Below, piece by piece: positions 37,329-46,590 of a stretch of DNA of 64,000 nt (position 1 is its first letter; each line of letters opens with the position of its first letter). Position numbers and translations under genes: made by a program. This DNA is from Candidatus Omnitrophota bacterium (GTDB lineage: Bacteria; Omnitrophota; Gorgyraeia; Pluralincolimonadales; Pluralincolimonadaceae), in NCBI GenBank assembly GCA_003141835.1, contig PLNR01000006.1, positions 14,558 to 78,557 of the forward strand, given 5' to 3'. The notes under the pieces are model-generated. The model made no database searches. It was not told the DNA's origin and saw nothing but the letters and a program-made list of their open reading frames with translations.

Positions 37329-39608
37329 GTGCAAAATAAACCGGGGTGTCCTAACGTGACACGTCCCCTGACGTTTGCGGTATTTACTTTCGGTTTCACC
37401 GCGATGGCCGTCCAGATACTGATGATGCGGGAACTCCTGGTGGTCTTCTACGGGAACGAGCTTTCCGCAGGCGTCATGCTCGCCTCCTGGCTCTTCTGGG
37501 TCGCGGCGGGAAGCTTCGCAGCAAGGTTCAAAAAGTTCCGGGAAGAGATATTCCACTTACTACTCCTTTCCGTTTCTATAATCGCGCCGGCTACTATATA
37601 TTTTATAAGAGAGTTAAGGAACATCCTCGGCGTCTCCGCCGGCGAGCTGATCGGGCCGGTGCCGATGGCTTTATCCGTTTTTATCCTGCTCGCTCCGGCC
37701 TGCCTGGTCTTCGGTTCCCTTTTCGCGGTCAGCTGCCGCCTCGCCTCACCGGAAACGCCTTCGGCACCGGCCACAGCCGGAAAGATCTACATGATAGAAT
37801 CGCTTGGCGCTGTCGCCGGAGGCGTCGCGTTCAATCTGGTCTTGATCTATATCTTCGCCCCCTTACAGATAGCTCTATTCTGCGGCGTATTGAACGCCAT
37901 CGCCGTTCTTGTAGTCGCCGACAGGAATAAGGCTCCTATAAGATGGGCGGCGACTTTGGTATTCATGTGTTCCGTTTCCGTTTATATCATGTTCGGCTCA
38001 GGACTGAACGATTTCGAGATGCGTCAGGCGCAATGGAAGGGCCTCGAGCTGATAACCGTAAAAGATTCCAAATACGGGAATATCGCGTTGACAAAGCTCG
38101 GCTCCCAATTCAACCTGTTCGAGAACGGGCTCCTTACCGCGGCGACCAACGACCCGCTCACAGCCGAAGAATCGGTCCATTACGCGATGCTCGAGCACCC
38201 GGCGCCCAAAAAAATCCTGCTTATAGGCGGGGCGTTGAACGGCGCACTGGATGAGGTGCTGAAACATCCGGTCGAGTCGGTCGATTGCATCGAGCTCGAC
38301 CCCGAATCTGTGGAGGTCGCAAAAGAAAGGTACCCTGCGGGATCGCTCGCGGGCTTATCCGACCGCAGGGTAAAGATGCATTATCTTGATGCCAGGCTCT
38401 TTGTAAAGGAAAGAGCCCTGGCACTGGACGCGCCTTCCTCGCGATACGACGTAATAATACTTACCCTTCCGAACCCTTATACGGCGCAGATAAACAGGTT
38501 CTTCTCTTTTGAATTTTACGGGGAGGCCAGGCGCATACTTGACGCGAACGGCGTCTTCTCCTTCGGAGTGACGTCTTCAGGGGATTATATAAGCGCCGGA
38601 CAGGCCAGGTTCCTGAAGTGCCTCGTCCTTACCCTTTCAAAGCGTTTCCCCGATATAAAGATCATCCCGGGAGACAATAATTATTTCCTCGCCTCGCCTT
38701 CCGCCGGCATCCTGACATATGACTATAAGACGCTCGTCGCGAGGGCCAAAGAAAGAAACCTCGCGCTTAAATTCGTCAACGAACATTACCTGCCGGATAA
38801 GCTGGACCCGATGCGCGTAGAATACCTCGAGGGCGCGATAAAGGCCGCTAAGGGGGCAAAGATAAATTTCGACCTGCGGCCGGTCGGATATTATTATGAC
38901 CTGGTCCTTTGGTCGGCGCGGGTCGACCCGCGGCTCAAGTCTTTCCTTGAGGGGCTCAATACCTTCAACTGGGGGATAATATTGGGGATACTGGGTTTTG
39001 CCTTCATCGGCCTGACCCTGTTCCGCGGGAAGAGCGATTCCTTGAAACGGATGCCGTATTTCATCTCGATCGGGATTACTGGTTTCACTACGATGCTGCT
39101 GCAGGTGGTCCTTATACTGGCGTTCCAGTCGGCGTACGGCTACGTCTACTACAAGATGGGGCTTATATTCGCCTCGTTCATGCTGGGGCTTGCCGGCGGG
39201 AGTTACGCCGCAGCGGCCTCTAAGCCGTTTAAAAATGATGCGTCACTCGCTAAGCCGTACTTCAATATACAGGCCGCACTCTGCGCCTACTGCCTCCTAC
39301 TCCCGGTCGCGCTCCGTATGAATTGGGTCTCCGAGGGGTTCTTCCTGTTATTGCCGGCAGCCGCGGGGCTTTTGGGAGGGCTGCAGTTCACTATAGCGAA
39401 CAGGATATGTTCCGGCGGCAATAGGAATCTTGCGCCGGCGATCTACGCAGTCGACCTTATAGGCGCGTGCGCCGGATCGCTGTTGGCCGCCGCGGTAATA
39501 ATACCTGTCAAGGGAATGGACTTCGCGTGCATCTCGGTGGGGTTCGTGAATCTCGCGGTGCTGGTGTTACTCGCGGGCGGGGATCAGCTCTTCCTCTCTA
39601 AAACATAA
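37329..39608 (+). CDS. Fused polytopic membrane / spermidine synthase-like (polyamine aminopropyltransferase family) protein. The annotated start is GTG; the true start may be the GTG at 37356.
   Basis: N-terminal 7 TM and C-terminal 5 TM segments. Central SpeE-like domain KKILLIGGALNGALDEVLKHP...CIELDPESVEVAKERYP...YDVIILTLPNPYT. Confidence 0.75.
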   Translation: MQNKPGCPNVTRPLTFAVFTFGFTAMAVQILMMRELLVVFYGNELSAGVMLASWLFWVAAGSFAARFKKFREEIFHLLLLSVSIIAPATIYFIRELRNILGVSAGELIGPVPMALSVFILLAPACLVFGSLFAVSCRLASPETPSAPATAGKIYMIESLGAVAGGVAFNLVLIYIFAPLQIALFCGVLNAIAVLVVADRNKAPIRWAATLVFMCSVSVYIMFGSGLNDFEMRQAQWKGLELITVKDSKYGNIALTKLGSQFNLFENGLLTAATNDPLTAEESVHYAMLEHPAPKKILLIGGALNGALDEVLKHPVESVDCIELDPESVEVAKERYPAGSLAGLSDRRVKMHYLDARLFVKERALALDAPSSRYDVIILTLPNPYTAQINRFFSFEFYGEARRILDANGVFSFGVTSSGDYISAGQARFLKCLVLTLSKRFPDIKIIPGDNNYFLASPSAGILTYDYKTLVARAKERNLALKFVNEHYLPDKLDPMRVEYLEGAIKAAKGAKINFDLRPVGYYYDLVLWSARVDPRLKSFLEGLNTFNWGIILGILGFAFIGLTLFRGKSDSLKRMPYFISIGITGFTTMLLQVVLILAFQSAYGYVYYKMGLIFASFMLGLAGGSYAAAASKPFKNDASLAKPYFNIQAALCAYCLLLPVALRMNWVSEGFFLLLPAAAGLLGGLQFTIANRICSGGNRNLAPAIYAVDLIGACAGSLLAAAVIIPVKGMDFACISVGFVNLAVLVLLAGGDQLFLSKT
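37344..37369. repeat. Half-length member of the repeat family (element E) in the 5' region of the spermidine-synthase-like gene
   Basis: ggggtgtcctaacgtgacacgtcccc matches the right-arm consensus (G[GA]TGTCCC-N-GTGACACGTCCCC). Confidence 0.6.
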
Positions 39609-40567
39609 TCGGCGATCTCACAGAAGGTCTTCCTCAACATGCCGTCGCTGTCGGCGAGCTTCTTCTTTGCCATCTTCACGTAATCGGAAGCTATGCTCTT
39701 CGAGCGCGCTATCGCCCCGGAACTCAGCGCCTTCTCCCTTAATATCCTGTGGGAAGATTTCCCGCCCGAGGTGATGAGCTCGACTATATCCATCCTGTTC
39801 TTCCTGCCGGCGTTCTTTAAAAGGAATATTATGGGCAGGGTGAGTTTTCCTTTTTCCATGTCCTGCCAGACGGATTTCCCGAGCTGGCTCTCTTTCCCGG
39901 TGAGGTCGAGGCAATCGTCGGTTATCTGGAAAGCCACGCCCAGATAAAGCCCGTAAGCCGTAAGCCGGTTTATCTTATCCTCGCTGAGGCGCCCGAGCAT
40001 GCCGCCGACCGCGCAGCAATCCGAGATGAGATAGGCGCTCTTCTTTTTTATTATATCGAGGTAGTCCTTCTCAGTGACATCGAAATTATAGGCGTTTGCC
40101 AGCTGCGAAAGTTCCCCCTCGCACATCCTGGCGGCCGTCTTGGCAAAGACCGTCATTATCCTCGGCTCGTCGAGCTTCGAGACTATGTCGAAAGCGCGCG
40201 CCAAGAGGTAATCGCCGGCTATGACCGAGACGGCATTGCCCCATTTGCTGTTTATCGTCCGCTGGCTGCGCCTTAACACCGCCTCGTCTATTATATCGTC
40301 GTGCACGAGGCTCGCGGCATGTATTAGCTCTATCGCCACGCCGACCGATACGGCCTTCTCCATATCGCCTTCGCCCAATTTGGCCGAAAGCAGGACCAGC
40401 GTAGGCCTGAAGAACTTTCCGCGCGTCTTCGACAGGTATTTTCCTATGCCCCGTATCGGCTCGGATCTCCATTTGAGCTGGTGCGCGTAATTGCTCTTCA
40501 CCGCGGCGAGTTCCGCAGCGACCGGACTGACTATGTTATCGAGTTCTTTCATGCCGCCTTTCATCAT
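39584..40567 (-). CDS. Polyprenyl diphosphate synthase (trans-isoprenyl diphosphate synthase family)
   Basis: First DDxxD motif LVHDDIIDEA. Second Asp-rich motif ITDDCLDLTG. Chain-length region AGDYLLARAFD. Confidence 0.85.
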   Translation of the reverse strand: MMKGGMKELDNIVSPVAAELAAVKSNYAHQLKWRSEPIRGIGKYLSKTRGKFFRPTLVLLSAKLGEGDMEKAVSVGVAIELIHAASLVHDDIIDEAVLRRSQRTINSKWGNAVSVIAGDYLLARAFDIVSKLDEPRIMTVFAKTAARMCEGELSQLANAYNFDVTEKDYLDIIKKKSAYLISDCCAVGGMLGRLSEDKINRLTAYGLYLGVAFQITDDCLDLTGKESQLGKSVWQDMEKGKLTLPIIFLLKNAGRKNRMDIVELITSGGKSSHRILREKALSSGAIARSKSIASDYVKMAKKKLADSDGMLRKTFCEIADYVLERKS

Positions 40568-40746
40568 CCCGCTAATCTCCTGTAATAACGGCCTTCTTTA
40601 TCGGAAACATTGGGACTGCGCGGCTGCCGCTTGAAAATACCTGCAAACGCTTTTAGCGGCGAGCCGAACAAAGCCAGCGCTGCGACGATCAATACGTTAT
40701 TTTTCAGGAATTCCCTTCTCGTCATGCCTTCTTTTAGTTTATCCAT
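40564..40746 (-). CDS. 60-codon mini-protein with a consensus twin-arginine (Tat) signal peptide, translationally coupled to the polyprenyl synthase
   Basis: MTRREFLKNNVLIVAALALFGSPLKAFA carries the S/TRRxFLK motif, an h-region and an AxA cleavage site. The predicted mature part is only about 25 aa. ATGA overlap with 39584..40567. Confidence 0.35.
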   Translation of the reverse strand: MDKLKEGMTRREFLKNNVLIVAALALFGSPLKAFAGIFKRQPRSPNVSDKEGRYYRRLAG

Positions 40747-40785
40747 ACCGCCTCCTGTCGTTATCCCCTTATACGGGGGATGGTC

Positions 40786-41769
40786 TCACTGCCATACTCC
40801 CGGTATCGCCTCATTGCAAGAGGCGCATCTCCCGTTCGCGACATTATTTTCCAGCACATCGTAGCCTACGCGTTTTATCAAAAGTTTCCGGCATTTGGGG
40901 CAATAAGTATTATTCCCGTCATGCGCCGGGATATTCCCGATATAAGCGTAATGGATCCCCCTCTTTTTGGCCGTCTGCCACGCCGCGTCGAGCGTCTCCT
41001 CAGGGGTCGGCGGCAGGTTCTTTAACTGGTACTGCGGCCAGAATTTAGAAAAATGCAGCGGGACATCGACGCCTACGTTATCCACCGTCCAATCTATCAG
41101 GCGGGCTACATCATCTTTCTTGTCGTTTAGGGTCGGGACTATGAGGTTGACGAGCTCCATCCAGACCTTGCGTTCTTTGATCATCTTTATCGTATCGAGG
41201 ACCGGCTGGAGCCTTCCCAGGGAAACCTTATTATAGAACTCTTCGGTTATCCCCTTAAAATCCACCTTTATCGCGTCGACCGCCGAACATAACTCATCGA
41301 GCGGCTTGGGGTTGATATATCCGGCGGTGATAAATACGCTTTTGACGCCCGCCTTCCGGCCTATCTTCGCGGTATCCACGACATATTCCTGGAATATGAC
41401 CGGGTCGTTGTAAGTATACGCTATCGACCTGCAGTTATACGCGGCCGCCTTGCGCACCAGCTCCGCGGGAGGAAGATCCATGTTATTGGTATCTTCCGGG
41501 TTTGACTGCGAGATGTCCCAATTCTGGCAATACTTGCAGTGGAGATTGCACCCGGCGGTGCCTATCGAGAAGGCCGTCGATGCGGGAAGAAAATGGTAGA
41601 GGGGTTTCTTTTCAATGGGGTCTACGTGGACCGCGCAGGGCTTCCCGTAGACGAGGCTTATTACCTTGCCGCCCTTGTTCGCCCTTGCCCTGCAATTGCC
41701 CTTCTGGCCTTCATCAAGGACGCATAGGTTGGGGCATAGCTCACACTGAACGAGATCTCCCTTTGCCAT
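40786..41769 (-). CDS. AmmeMemoRadiSam-system-type radical SAM enzyme (PflA-like activase family)
   Basis: CELCPNLCVL...GNCRARAN...DPIEKKPLYHF...GTAGCNLHCKYCQNWDISQ fits TIGR04337-type rSAM proteins. No AMMECR1 or MEMO1 partner genes are seen in the window. Confidence 0.7.
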   Translation of the reverse strand: MAKGDLVQCELCPNLCVLDEGQKGNCRARANKGGKVISLVYGKPCAVHVDPIEKKPLYHFLPASTAFSIGTAGCNLHCKYCQNWDISQSNPEDTNNMDLPPAELVRKAAAYNCRSIAYTYNDPVIFQEYVVDTAKIGRKAGVKSVFITAGYINPKPLDELCSAVDAIKVDFKGITEEFYNKVSLGRLQPVLDTIKMIKERKVWMELVNLIVPTLNDKKDDVARLIDWTVDNVGVDVPLHFSKFWPQYQLKNLPPTPEETLDAAWQTAKKRGIHYAYIGNIPAHDGNNTYCPKCRKLLIKRVGYDVLENNVANGRCASCNEAIPGVWQ

Positions 41770-41790
41770 ATGATGGCCCCTTTTACGGGA

Positions 41791-43185
41791 CTACTCCTCG
41801 TCGGAGACAAAAACCTCGGGAAGGAATTTCTTGGCTTTCCTCAGCATCTCCTGGTTCGAGATGACGGTCGTCCTGCCTCTGGTGTATTCGGAATCGACCC
41901 ATTCCTTTACCTTCAGCACGCCCGGATTATCCTTGGCGACTTCCTCCTCCTTGCCGAGGTTCAGGTAGAGGTTGAGCCACTTGGCTATCCCCGCGGCTCC
42001 GGATTTGTCGTTTATCGCGACGCCGACCTTCTTCTTGAGGATCTTCTCTGTATTGAATACGTTATATATCTCCTCGTCCTTTATCAGGCCGTCGGCGTGG
42101 ATGCCCGCGCTCGTCATATTGAAATTCCTGCCGACGAACGGCTGGTTATGCGGGATCTCGTAGCCTATCTCTTTAGTGAAATATTCGGCGATGTCGGTAA
42201 TGGCGGTCGTATCTATGCCGTCCTTTACGCCGCGGAGGGCGAGATATTCCATCACGAGGCCCTCAATAGGGGTGTTGCCGGTCCTCTCTCCTATGCCGAG
42301 CATAGCGCCGTTAGCCGCGCAGCAGCCGTAAAGCCAGGAGGTGGTCGCGTTGATGAGCCCGTGGTAAAAATCGTTATGTCCATGCCACTCGAGCTGCTCC
42401 GACGGGACCTCGGCGAGATTGACGAGGCCGTATATTATCCCCTTGACGCTCCTCGGGAGCGCCGCTCCGGGATAGGTCACGCCGTAGCCCAAGGTGTCGC
42501 AGGCCCTTATCTTTATCGGTATCTTCGCCTCTTTCGAAAGCTCCATCAGCTCCTGTACGAATGGTACGACGAACCCGTAAAAATCGGCGCGGGTGATGTC
42601 TTCGAGGTGGCACCTCGGAGTGATCCCGAGGTCGAGGGCGGACTTGACGATGCCGAGGTACATGTCCATCGCCTGTTTCCTCGTCTTCTTGAGCTTTAGG
42701 AATATGTGGTAGTCGGACGCGGAGGTAAGTATGCCGGTCTCTTTAAGGCCCATCTCCTTGACGAGCTTGAAATCTTCTTTTACCGGCCTTATCCATCCGG
42801 TCACCTGGGGGAATTTATAGCCGCGCTCCAGGCATTTTCTTACCGCCTCCTTGTCCTTATCGGTATACAGGAAGAACTCGCATTGCCTTATGAGGCCGTT
42901 CGAACCGGCGAGCCTGTGCAGCATGTCGTAAAGGTCGAGTATCTGTTTTACCGTGAACGGCGGCAGTGACTGCTGGCCGTCCCTGAAAGTCGTATCCGTG
43001 ATCCAGATATCGTCCGGCGGGTTCATCGGGACTATCCGGTGGTTGAATGCGATCTTCGGGACGTCGGTATAGTTGAATATCTCCCTGAAGAGGTTCGGGT
43101 CGTCGATATCTTGGAGCTCATACCTGTAATACTCTTCCTCGAGCGTGTTCGTCTTCTTATTGAACTTTATCTCGCCTTTTCTCAT
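41791..43185 (-). CDS. Homocitrate/isopropylmalate synthase-family enzyme, probably Re-citrate synthase
   Basis: DRE-TIM barrel (ITDTTFRDGQQS...HGHNDFYHGLINATTSW) with an approximately 50-aa N-terminal extension and no LeuA regulatory domain. It is adjacent to mdh and LeuCD-type dehydratase genes. Confidence 0.55.
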   Translation of the reverse strand: MRKGEIKFNKKTNTLEEEYYRYELQDIDDPNLFREIFNYTDVPKIAFNHRIVPMNPPDDIWITDTTFRDGQQSLPPFTVKQILDLYDMLHRLAGSNGLIRQCEFFLYTDKDKEAVRKCLERGYKFPQVTGWIRPVKEDFKLVKEMGLKETGILTSASDYHIFLKLKKTRKQAMDMYLGIVKSALDLGITPRCHLEDITRADFYGFVVPFVQELMELSKEAKIPIKIRACDTLGYGVTYPGAALPRSVKGIIYGLVNLAEVPSEQLEWHGHNDFYHGLINATTSWLYGCCAANGAMLGIGERTGNTPIEGLVMEYLALRGVKDGIDTTAITDIAEYFTKEIGYEIPHNQPFVGRNFNMTSAGIHADGLIKDEEIYNVFNTEKILKKKVGVAINDKSGAAGIAKWLNLYLNLGKEEEVAKDNPGVLKVKEWVDSEYTRGRTTVISNQEMLRKAKKFLPEVFVSDEE

Positions 43186-43202
43186 CTTCTTACCTCTTTG
43201 CG

Positions 43203-44144
43203 TTAAACCAGACCGGATTTTTTAAGGTACTCTATTCCTTCTTTGACTTGTTCCGCGGACCAGCGGAGCGCAGCCGATTCTTTATCCGAAAGTTTTAATT
43301 CTACTATCCCTTCGACGCCGTCCTCGCCTATCTTGGCCGGGACCCCGCAATACAGGTCGTTGATACCGTATTGCCCCTGGAGGTATACGCTCGCCGGAAG
43401 TACCTCTCCCCTGTCCTTGAGGATCGCCTCGACCATTTCGCACACGGCGCTGGACGGGGCATAATAGGCGCTTCCCGTTTTAAGGAGTGAGACGACCTCG
43501 GCGCCGCCGTCGCGCGTCCTCTGTATTATGGCTTTAAGCTCCGCGTCGGGTATAAGCCCGGATACCGGCTTCCCGCTCACTTTCGCATATTCTATAAGCG
43601 GGACCATCGAGTCGCCGTGTCCGCCGAGCACCATCGCTTCCACTTCCGATGGCAATACTCCGAGCCTTTCCGCTATGAAATATTTTAACCTCGCCGTATC
43701 GAGGACCCCTGCCATCCCGAAGACCTTGCCGCTGTCAAAACCCGATATCTTATAAGCCAGGTACGTCATGATATCCAGCGGGTTCGTCACCATTATTATG
43801 ATCGATCCCGGGCAATATTTGCGTATATTCTCGGCCGCGACCTTGACGATCGCCGCGTTCTTGACCAGGAGGTCTTCGCGCGTCATCCCGGGCTTGCGGG
43901 CCAGGCCTGCGGTCATGATGACCACCCCCGAGCCCTTTATGAGAGAATAATCGGTGCCGCCTTCTATCTTAAAATTATACTCTTCGATCGAGGCCGCTTG
44001 GCCGAGGTCCAAGGCTTTGCCCTTCGCGAGCCCTTCGGCGATATCGACCAGGACGACGTCGGCGAGTTTCCTTTCTACTATCCTCTGCGCGCATGTCCCG
44101 CCGACCTGCCCGGCGCCGATGACCGCGACCTTGAGATTATTCAA
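43203..44144 (-). CDS. mdh: Malate dehydrogenase (LDH-like family)
   Basis: KVAVIGAGQVGGTCA NAD-binding N-terminus. VTNPLDIMT. Catalytic GGHGDSMVP. Confidence 0.85.
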   Translation of the reverse strand: MNNLKVAVIGAGQVGGTCAQRIVERKLADVVLVDIAEGLAKGKALDLGQAASIEEYNFKIEGGTDYSLIKGSGVVIMTAGLARKPGMTREDLLVKNAAIVKVAAENIRKYCPGSIIIMVTNPLDIMTYLAYKISGFDSGKVFGMAGVLDTARLKYFIAERLGVLPSEVEAMVLGGHGDSMVPLIEYAKVSGKPVSGLIPDAELKAIIQRTRDGGAEVVSLLKTGSAYYAPSSAVCEMVEAILKDRGEVLPASVYLQGQYGINDLYCGVPAKIGEDGVEGIVELKLSDKESAALRWSAEQVKEGIEYLKKSGLV

Positions 44145-44637
44145 TCTTGAAATCCCCGTGTTTCTTTATGTGCTCGACGAGCCCGCCGTCGCCGAGTATC
44201 TGGGTCATCGCCTTCGGGAGCGGCGCGAATTTCAGGTCAATGTTCTTTGTCGCGTTCCTTATCACGCCCTTCTCGAGGTTGACCTCGAGCTCGTCCCCGG
44301 CGGCTATCTTATCGGTATCGCACTCTATGGCCGGCAGGCCGATATTTATCGCGTTCCTGAAGAATATCCTCGCGAATGATTTCGCTATAACACAGGAAAC
44401 GCCGGATAATTTTATGATGGCCGGAGCATGCTCCCTTGATGAGCCCAGCCCGAAATTCCTGCCGCCGATCACAAAATCGCCCTTTCCGACCTTTGAGGCG
44501 AACTGCGGGTCCGCGTCTTCCAGGACATGCTTTGCCAATTCGTTAAGGTCAGACCTCAGGTGGAAATACCTTCCCGGGGCGATAAGGTCGGTAGATATAT
44601 CGTTGCCGAATTTCCACGCTTTTCCGCGCAAGACCAT
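44137..44637 (-). CDS. leuD: 3-isopropylmalate/(homo)aconitate dehydratase small subunit (type-2 LeuD-like)
   Basis: GNDISTDLIAPGRYF...FVIGGRNFGLGSSREHAPAIIKLSGVSCVIAKSFARIF. Confidence 0.8.
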   Translation of the reverse strand: MVLRGKAWKFGNDISTDLIAPGRYFHLRSDLNELAKHVLEDADPQFASKVGKGDFVIGGRNFGLGSSREHAPAIIKLSGVSCVIAKSFARIFFRNAINIGLPAIECDTDKIAAGDELEVNLEKGVIRNATKNIDLKFAPLPKAMTQILGDGGLVEHIKKHGDFKIE

Positions 44638-45890
44638 TATAGGTACTCCCTGGGGTCGGTTATCTCACCCTTGATCGCCGAGGCGGCCGCAGTCGCAGGC
44701 GATGCGAGGTATATGAAACTCTTGGGGTTGCCCATCCTTCCGAGAAAATTCCTGTTCGAGGTGGAGATGCAATTCTCCCCGTCACCGAGTATCCCGCCGT
44801 GCACACCGACGCACGCGCCGCAGCCCGGCGTAGTCACCGTCGCCCCGAACTCGATGAACGTCTCGAGCAGGCCTTCCTTGGCCGCCATAAGATATACGTC
44901 CTTTGACGCGGGCGTAACGATTACGCGGGTATCCGGGTCGCGTTTGCGGCCTTTCCATATCTCAGCGACCAGTTTAAGGTCCTCTATCCTGCCGTTCGTG
45001 CACGAGCCGATAAAGACCTGGTGTATCTTGACCTTGCCGATCTTGTCTATGGGCTTGGAGTTATCGACCGTATGCGGCAGCGAGACCATGGGCGCCAGTT
45101 TATCCACTTCGATATTTATCTCTTTTTCGAATTTCGCGTCCTTGTCCGATTTTATTTCGCGGTACTTCTCTTCCCTGCCGTGCTGTTTAAGGTATGCCTT
45201 GGTTATCTTGTCGGAGGAGAATATGCCGGCCTTGGCCCCGGCCTCGACCGCCATGTTCGATATGACCAGCCGCTCCGGCATAGGAAGCGATGACATCGCC
45301 TCGCCTGTAAACTCGAGGGCTTTATAAGTGGCTCCCTCGGCGCCGAGCGTGCCTATAAGGTATAACATGAAATCTTTTGCGTACACGCCGGGCTTGAATT
45401 TACCGCTTACCGCTATCTTTATCGTCTGCGGGACCCTGAACCAGGTCTTGCCCAGGCCCATGGCCACAGCCACGTCGGTAGAGCCCATCCCGGTCGCGAA
45501 AGCGCCCAATGCCCCGCCGGTGCAGGTATGGGAATCGGCGCCGACGAGGACATTGCCGGGCGAGGTAAAAAGCTCGCTCATTATCTGGTGGCATACCCCT
45601 TCGCCTATCTCGAACAGATAGCAGCCCGTCTTCCTCGCGAAATTCCTCAACGTTATGTGGTCGTTAGAGAGCTCTTTCCTGGGCGAGGGCGCCGCGTGGT
45701 CGAGGAATACGGCTATGCCCTGCGGGTTGACGACTTTTTTTATCCCCAGCTGCTCGAGCTGCCTTACCGCGAGCGGCCCGGTGCCGTCCTGCAGGAGGCA
45801 CAGGTCGACCTTGGCGATGACAAAATCGTCCGCCTTTACGTCCTTACCTGAATGCTCGGACAAAATCTTTTCTGAAATTGTTTTTCCCAT
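44637..45890 (-). CDS. leuC: 3-isopropylmalate/(homo)aconitate dehydratase large subunit (type-2 LeuC-like)
   Basis: TISEKIL...LLQDGTGP...GADSHTCTGGALGAFATGMGSTD...FIGSCTNGRIEDL Fe-S dehydratase motifs. Confidence 0.85.
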   Translation of the reverse strand: MGKTISEKILSEHSGKDVKADDFVIAKVDLCLLQDGTGPLAVRQLEQLGIKKVVNPQGIAVFLDHAAPSPRKELSNDHITLRNFARKTGCYLFEIGEGVCHQIMSELFTSPGNVLVGADSHTCTGGALGAFATGMGSTDVAVAMGLGKTWFRVPQTIKIAVSGKFKPGVYAKDFMLYLIGTLGAEGATYKALEFTGEAMSSLPMPERLVISNMAVEAGAKAGIFSSDKITKAYLKQHGREEKYREIKSDKDAKFEKEINIEVDKLAPMVSLPHTVDNSKPIDKIGKVKIHQVFIGSCTNGRIEDLKLVAEIWKGRKRDPDTRVIVTPASKDVYLMAAKEGLLETFIEFGATVTTPGCGACVGVHGGILGDGENCISTSNRNFLGRMGNPKSFIYLASPATAAASAIKGEITDPREYL

Positions 45891-45907
45891 ATTTGTCTTA
45901 TTAGGTA

Positions 45908-45943
45908 TAAAGCCCGGGAGTTTTCAAAGATCCCGGGCTTTAT
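45908..45943 (-). terminator. Candidate intrinsic terminator after the 45965..46330 gene
   Basis: 11-bp stem aaagcccggga/tcccgggcttt with a 10-nt loop and a weak U tract (UUUAUACC) on the minus strand. Confidence 0.4.
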
Positions 45944-45964
45944 TTTAGGTTCAAGGAAATGCTT

Positions 45965-46330
45965 TTATTTCTTTTCGGCTGGCCAGGATTCGTTCGCGGA
46001 TTTTCCGGGCATCTCTGCCGTACCCACAACCCCGGTCTTTACCGTATCTGCCGTCCCGGTAACGGGAGTCGTAACTATCTTTTCCGGCGCGCCTTTTTCG
46101 CCTGTTAACGTCCCGCCGACAGCTTTCCCGGTGTCAGCCACGGTCCCGACGGCCTTTACGCCTGTATCGCCGACGACCTGGGCGGAATCTTTAGCTGCGT
46201 TGAACGGCCAGTGGAACACTCCGCGCCAGAACTTCACAAAACCGTTCTCCTGCTCTTCCGCGCGGGCCGTACCTGCGACCATGCATGTTACAACCATTAC
46301 TGCCAATACCAATAATGCCAACTTCTTCAT
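45965..46330 (-). CDS. Secreted Gly/Thr/Val-rich repetitive protein, unknown function
   Basis: Signal peptide MKKLALLVLAVMVVTCMVAGTARA, followed by TGVKAVGTVADTGKAVGGTLTGEKG...TGTADTVKTGVVGTAE low-complexity repeats. Confidence 0.4.
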   Translation of the reverse strand: MKKLALLVLAVMVVTCMVAGTARAEEQENGFVKFWRGVFHWPFNAAKDSAQVVGDTGVKAVGTVADTGKAVGGTLTGEKGAPEKIVTTPVTGTADTVKTGVVGTAEMPGKSANESWPAEKK

Positions 46331-46401
46331 CTACTTCCCCCTTTTAATGAGCCCCGACGATCGGGGCGAATTATGTCCGCCAAGATATTTAGCGGACGTC
46401 C

Positions 46402-46590
46402 TTACTCCTCTATAGAGATAGCTTCAACAGGGCAGCTGTCCTTGGCTTCCTTGCAAGTCTCTTCGGCGGCTTTGGGTACCGGATTGACCTTCACGGAAGC
46501 GGTATCGCCCTTCATTTCGAAAACTTCCGGGCATATATTAGTGCAGAGTTCGCAACCGGTGCAGAGATTCGAATCTACCTTCGCCTTCAT
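46402..46590 (-). CDS. 4Fe-4S ferredoxin (single-cluster type)
   Basis: CTGCELCTNICP cluster motif plus a distal Cys (DSCP). 62 aa. Confidence 0.7.
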   Translation of the reverse strand: MKAKVDSNLCTGCELCTNICPEVFEMKGDTASVKVNPVPKAAEETCKEAKDSCPVEAISIEE

